DNA of 32,000 nucleotides from Wolbachia endosymbiont of Litomosoides sigmodontis (GTDB lineage Bacteria; Pseudomonadota; Alphaproteobacteria; Rickettsiales; Anaplasmataceae): NCBI RefSeq assembly GCF_013365435.1, contig NZ_CP046577.1, positions 570,001 to 602,000 of the forward strand, read 5' to 3'. Shown piece by piece: positions 29,598 to 32,000 of this stretch (position 1 is its first letter; each line of letters starts with the position of its first letter). The notes under the pieces were generated by a model. It saw only the letters and a program-made list of their open reading frames with translations, ran no database searches and was not told where the DNA came from. The position numbers and the translations under genes were made by a program.

Positions 29598-29998
29598 GCA
29601 AAATCTATATATATAGTTAACATGGAAGAATAAACAGTAAGTACTACACCTAATTCTACAAAAAAAATACCCAATTTTTGGCCTGCAACGTTGCTAGCTA
29701 ATAATATATCATAAGATAAAAAATTTTGACCAAGTAAAATTGTTGCAATACCCGTTCCTCCATAAATTAAAATGCCTAGCATGCTAGTGAATTTAATTGC
29801 AAAGTAAGGTATTGCTCTTAGAGTTGCAGATACACCAAATAGCATCGAGTACAATATTATACTAGAGGCAATAATTATTCCTGCTTGAAAGCCTCCACCT
29901 GGAGTATAGTCACCATGAAATTGTATATATAAAGCAAATAAGATGATAAAAGGTACCATCAAAAACGTTACTGCATTTAATACTGGATCTTTAATCAT
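29582..29998 (-). CDS. mrpB: Mrp/Mnh antiporter subunit B
   Basis: 138 aa, 4 TM. MnhB-domain signature HGDYTPGGGFQAGIIIASS. Confidence 0.85.
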   Translation of the reverse strand: MIKDPVLNAVTFLMVPFIILFALYIQFHGDYTPGGGFQAGIIIASSIILYSMLFGVSATLRAIPYFAIKFTSMLGILIYGGTGIATILLGQNFLSYDILLASNVAGQKLGIFFVELGVVLTVYSSMLTIYIDFACKKK

Positions 29999-30518
29999 TT
30001 TCCTTTTCTTCTTTTAATATCAATGTTATACAAAGTGCAGCTGTGAAAATTACTATAGTTTCTCCAAATGTGTCATAGCCACGGAAGGCTGCTAAAACAG
30101 CCGTTACTATATTGGAAATGCCAACATCTTTTTTAGTATTTTCTATATAGTAAGGAGCAACATGTGAGTGAATGGGAGCATTATAGCTACCAAACTCTGG
30201 TAATTGGATCATAAAGTGTGATAAACATATAGCTAGAAATAACATAAAAAAAAGTATTATAGGGTTATGAGACAAATTTACTTCATGATTCTTTATTAAA
30301 GATAGTGCAGCAAACGTAAAAACTGTACTGAGCCCTGCACCAACAGAAGCTTCAGTAATTGCAACATCAGGTGCGTTCATAATTAGGTATATAAGTGCAA
30401 TGAGCGAGCTAAATGCACACATTAGAACACCACTTGTGACTAAATGCTTTGAAAGAACTATAAGAATAGTAACTATAAGCAGCAGTAAAATTAATGTTAC
30501 ATTCAGTATTTCTAACAT
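29991..30518 (-). CDS. Mrp-associated membrane protein, MrpA C-terminal / MbhD-like (DUF4040-type)
   Basis: APDVAITEASVGAGLSTV motif, multi-TM. I prefer ATG 30518 (175 aa). It follows the mrpG stop by 1 nt (TAA-G-ATG) and has AGGGA upstream. The track start at 30563 would overlap mrpG by 44 nt. Confidence 0.75.
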   Translation of the reverse strand: MLEILNVTLILLLLIVTILIVLSKHLVTSGVLMCAFSSLIALIYLIMNAPDVAITEASVGAGLSTVFTFAALSLIKNHEVNLSHNPIILFFMLFLAICLSHFMIQLPEFGSYNAPIHSHVAPYYIENTKKDVGISNIVTAVLAAFRGYDTFGETIVIFTAALCITLILKEEKEND

Positions 30519-30519
30519 C

Positions 30520-30807
30520 TTAATTCCCTTTAATAGCTTTTTTCTTACTTTTGTAATGAGCATGCGCTAAAATATAACTATTAGTTGAGTTAGCTACCCA
30601 TATTATAAAAATTAATAGTATTATTTTAACAGTGTTGACTGAAAATTCATTCAGCAAAGTGAGGCCAATTAACAATAACATTGCACCACTAGAGTCTGTA
30701 ATACCTGCCGCATGTAACTTGGTGTAGAAATCGGTAAATCTGATTATTCCGATGGTTGAAATAGCTACTAAACAAATGCCTAAAAATATGAAAATGGACC
30801 CCATCAT
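30520..30807 (-). CDS. mrpG: Mrp/Mnh antiporter subunit G
   Basis: 95 aa, 3 TM. MnhG/PhaG pattern GIIRFTDFYTKLHAAGITDSSG. Confidence 0.8.
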   Translation of the reverse strand: MMGSIFIFLGICLVAISTIGIIRFTDFYTKLHAAGITDSSGAMLLLIGLTLLNEFSVNTVKIILLIFIIWVANSTNSYILAHAHYKSKKKAIKGN

Positions 30808-30813
30808 AAATTA

Positions 30814-31056
30814 TCAAAGCAACATTAACCTCATTAGTGCTACAGTTGATATAAAACTAACACTAGAATATAATAATGCTATATCAACCAAAAAAAAACT
30901 ATCCAAAATGATTGACATTGCTGTTATGAGTAAAACTACTTGTGTTGAAAAACTATTCAATGCTAGAACCTTATTATAAATACCATTTGACTTTGCTATA
31001 CGATACAACATTGCACTCATACAAAGCAGTAATATACAAACAGCAGCGTAAATCAC
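30814..31056 (-). CDS. mrpF: Mrp/Mnh antiporter subunit F
   Basis: 80 aa, GTG start, 3 TM. Size, hydrophobicity and position immediately upstream of mrpG fit MnhF. Confidence 0.7.
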   Translation of the reverse strand: MIYAAVCILLLCMSAMLYRIAKSNGIYNKVLALNSFSTQVVLLITAMSIILDSFFLVDIALLYSSVSFISTVALMRLMLL

Positions 31057-31093
31057 TTATAAGTTATACAAAACTTTAATAGGCCAACTTAGC

Positions 31094-31522
31094 TTATTCT
31101 TCATCATCTATTTTATTACCTATATTCTCACTATTTTGGTCGCCCATTTCACTTTTCACCTCATCATCCGGAATATCAGTACTTTCTTGATCTACATCAG
31201 CATCTGCGTTAAACTGATCATTAGAAAAATTTAGTAGTTTTTCCAGCTTACTTGTATTGCTACTGTAGATATTACTCAGATTTCCTTTCATATACTCTTT
31301 GCACCTATTTACCAAAAGGCTAAATAGCTCATGAGTACCCACCTGCCTTTCTGCTATTTCATATAGAGAAATGATGGCGTTTTTATGGCCTTTAAATCTA
31401 GCTGTTTGAATGGGATTACTGGCTCCCGTATTTAAATCATGTGTCCTCTGACTTGCCAATAGGGCTAATTTAAAACGATTATCTACCTGCTCTGTACATT
31501 TTTCTATAATAGATTTAGCCAT
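31094..31522 (-). CDS. rpoZ: RNA polymerase omega subunit with acidic C-terminal extension
   Basis: 142 aa. The N-terminal VDNRFKLALLASQRTHDL matches the omega signature. The C-terminal ~40 aa are Asp/Glu-rich. Confidence 0.85.
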   Translation of the reverse strand: MAKSIIEKCTEQVDNRFKLALLASQRTHDLNTGASNPIQTARFKGHKNAIISLYEIAERQVGTHELFSLLVNRCKEYMKGNLSNIYSSNTSKLEKLLNFSNDQFNADADVDQESTDIPDDEVKSEMGDQNSENIGNKIDDEE

Positions 31523-31547
31523 AAAATACTACATTAATAAACTTTAC

Positions 31548-31575
31548 ATTATAACATAAAGAAACGAAGTGTCAA
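31548..31575 (-). promoter_or_regulatory. near-consensus sigma-70 promoter for rpoZ
   Basis: On the minus strand: TTGACA (31575-31570), a 16-nt spacer, then TATAAT (31553-31548). The -10 ends 25 nt before the rpoZ ATG. Both hexamers are perfect consensus. Confidence 0.45.
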
Positions 31576-31586
31576 CTTTATGCCTC

Positions 31587-31892
31587 TTACGGAGACCTAA
31601 TTTCACGTTTTGCTTCTTCTGCTTCAGGTTTTGCTGCTCGACTCTCTGTTATTGTAATTGTTATTTCATAATCGAATTTTTTGAGAAACCCCAACAATCG
31701 TTCTAAAGAAAAACCATCTGTTTTACCATTTTTAATTTGCGATATTTTTGGCTGATCAACACCAAGTCTCTCAGCTGCATGAGCTTGAGTCCAAGTGTTT
31801 TTCTCTATAACTTTAGTTATTATATCAAGCAACTTCTTTTTTATCTCTACACTGCACGAGTTATTGTTTAATGATATTATTTCCATATACAC
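31587..31892 (-). CDS. XRE-family helix-turn-helix protein (HigA/antitoxin-like small regulator)
   Basis: 101 aa. HTH TQAHAAERLGVDQPKISQIKNGK followed by FSLERLLGFL, a layout typical of Xre-type antitoxins. No toxin ORF in the 108 nt upstream that remain in the window. Confidence 0.8.
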   Translation of the reverse strand: MYMEIISLNNNSCSVEIKKKLLDIITKVIEKNTWTQAHAAERLGVDQPKISQIKNGKTDGFSLERLLGFLKKFDYEITITITESRAAKPEAEEAKREIRSP

Positions 31893-32000
31893 TCACCTAT
31901 CAAAAGCTTTGTAAAACATTACAACATAAATCTGACATCTCAAAGTATTAATATCATATAAGTTGTACTAAATAATTATATGGTACTAATATATTAAGGC

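Noticed and set aside
166-30979. About 25 further ORFs of 61-137 aa in the supplied track. Examples: 166-384, 809-1036, 1772-1960, 1873-2073, 3490-3735, 3519-3932, 5024-5209, 5213-5512, 6139-6345, 7932-8120, 8475-8684, 9530-9775, 13392-13583, 14510-14884, 18486-18764, 20473-20778, 21496-21711, 22751-22966, 24030-24230, 25838-26032, 27247-27627, 28411-28626, 28897-29169, 30752-30979.
   Set aside because: Each lies inside, or antisense to, a much longer ORF with clear family identity. They have low-complexity or odd composition and no Shine-Dalgarno sequence. They are typical shadow ORFs of AT-rich DNA.
31893-32000. Expected RelE/HigB-type toxin gene upstream of the XRE gene.
   Set aside because: All three minus-strand frames contain stop codons within these 108 nt, so no toxin ORF abuts the XRE gene inside the window. 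One could still lie beyond the edge.
1-32000. Search for tRNA, rRNA, tmRNA/RNase P-like structured RNAs, CRISPR arrays, tandem repeats and prophage modules.
   Set aside because: I saw no G+C-rich cloverleaf-sized segments and no regularly spaced direct repeats. No long non-coding stretch remains unexplained by IS relics. A covariance-model scan (tRNAscan-SE/Infernal) would be the decisive check.

Overview
AT-rich, gene-dense chromosomal window. Its protein set is HemA ALA synthase, EF-P, RimM, ArgD-type aminotransferase, a PleC-like histidine kinase, Bcp, an NDUFA12-like protein, scattered Mrp/Mnh antiporter subunits, RodA, CcmA, AspRS, a ProP-like MFS transporter, cytochrome b/c1, UvrB, RpoD and RpoZ. 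This fits a Rickettsiales/Anaplasmataceae endosymbiont, most likely a Wolbachia-like genome; that is my inference from reading the proteins, as no search was possible. I support 29 CDS, five decayed copies of one IS630-family insertion sequence (no intact transposase), and a few hairpins and promoter-like sites. I found no rRNA, tRNA, CRISPR array or prophage module. The IS relics sit at the boundaries between housekeeping blocks. The segment worth chasing is 20.8-27.1 kb. It holds a three-gene operon of orphan proteins (426/434 aa, 74 aa, 678 aa) wedged between uvrB and an IS relic. The largest protein ends in a eukaryote-type polybasic + CaaX box (..KSRKKQASKGW-CGVM-stop) and carries Ser/Pro-rich linkers of locally raised G+C. 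Next to it is a 153-aa coiled-coil/transmembrane orphan gene bracketed by two inverted IS relics, like a decayed composite transposon. I read these as candidate host-targeted secreted effectors; that reading is inference. Smaller points: a SuhB/IMPase homologue with degenerate metal-binding motifs, TTAA-N7-TTAA (CtrA-type) boxes in four intergenic regions, petB-petC without petA, and an Mrp operon broken between mrpC and mrpD. IS boundaries are approximate (about +/-20 bp) because they were aligned by eye.
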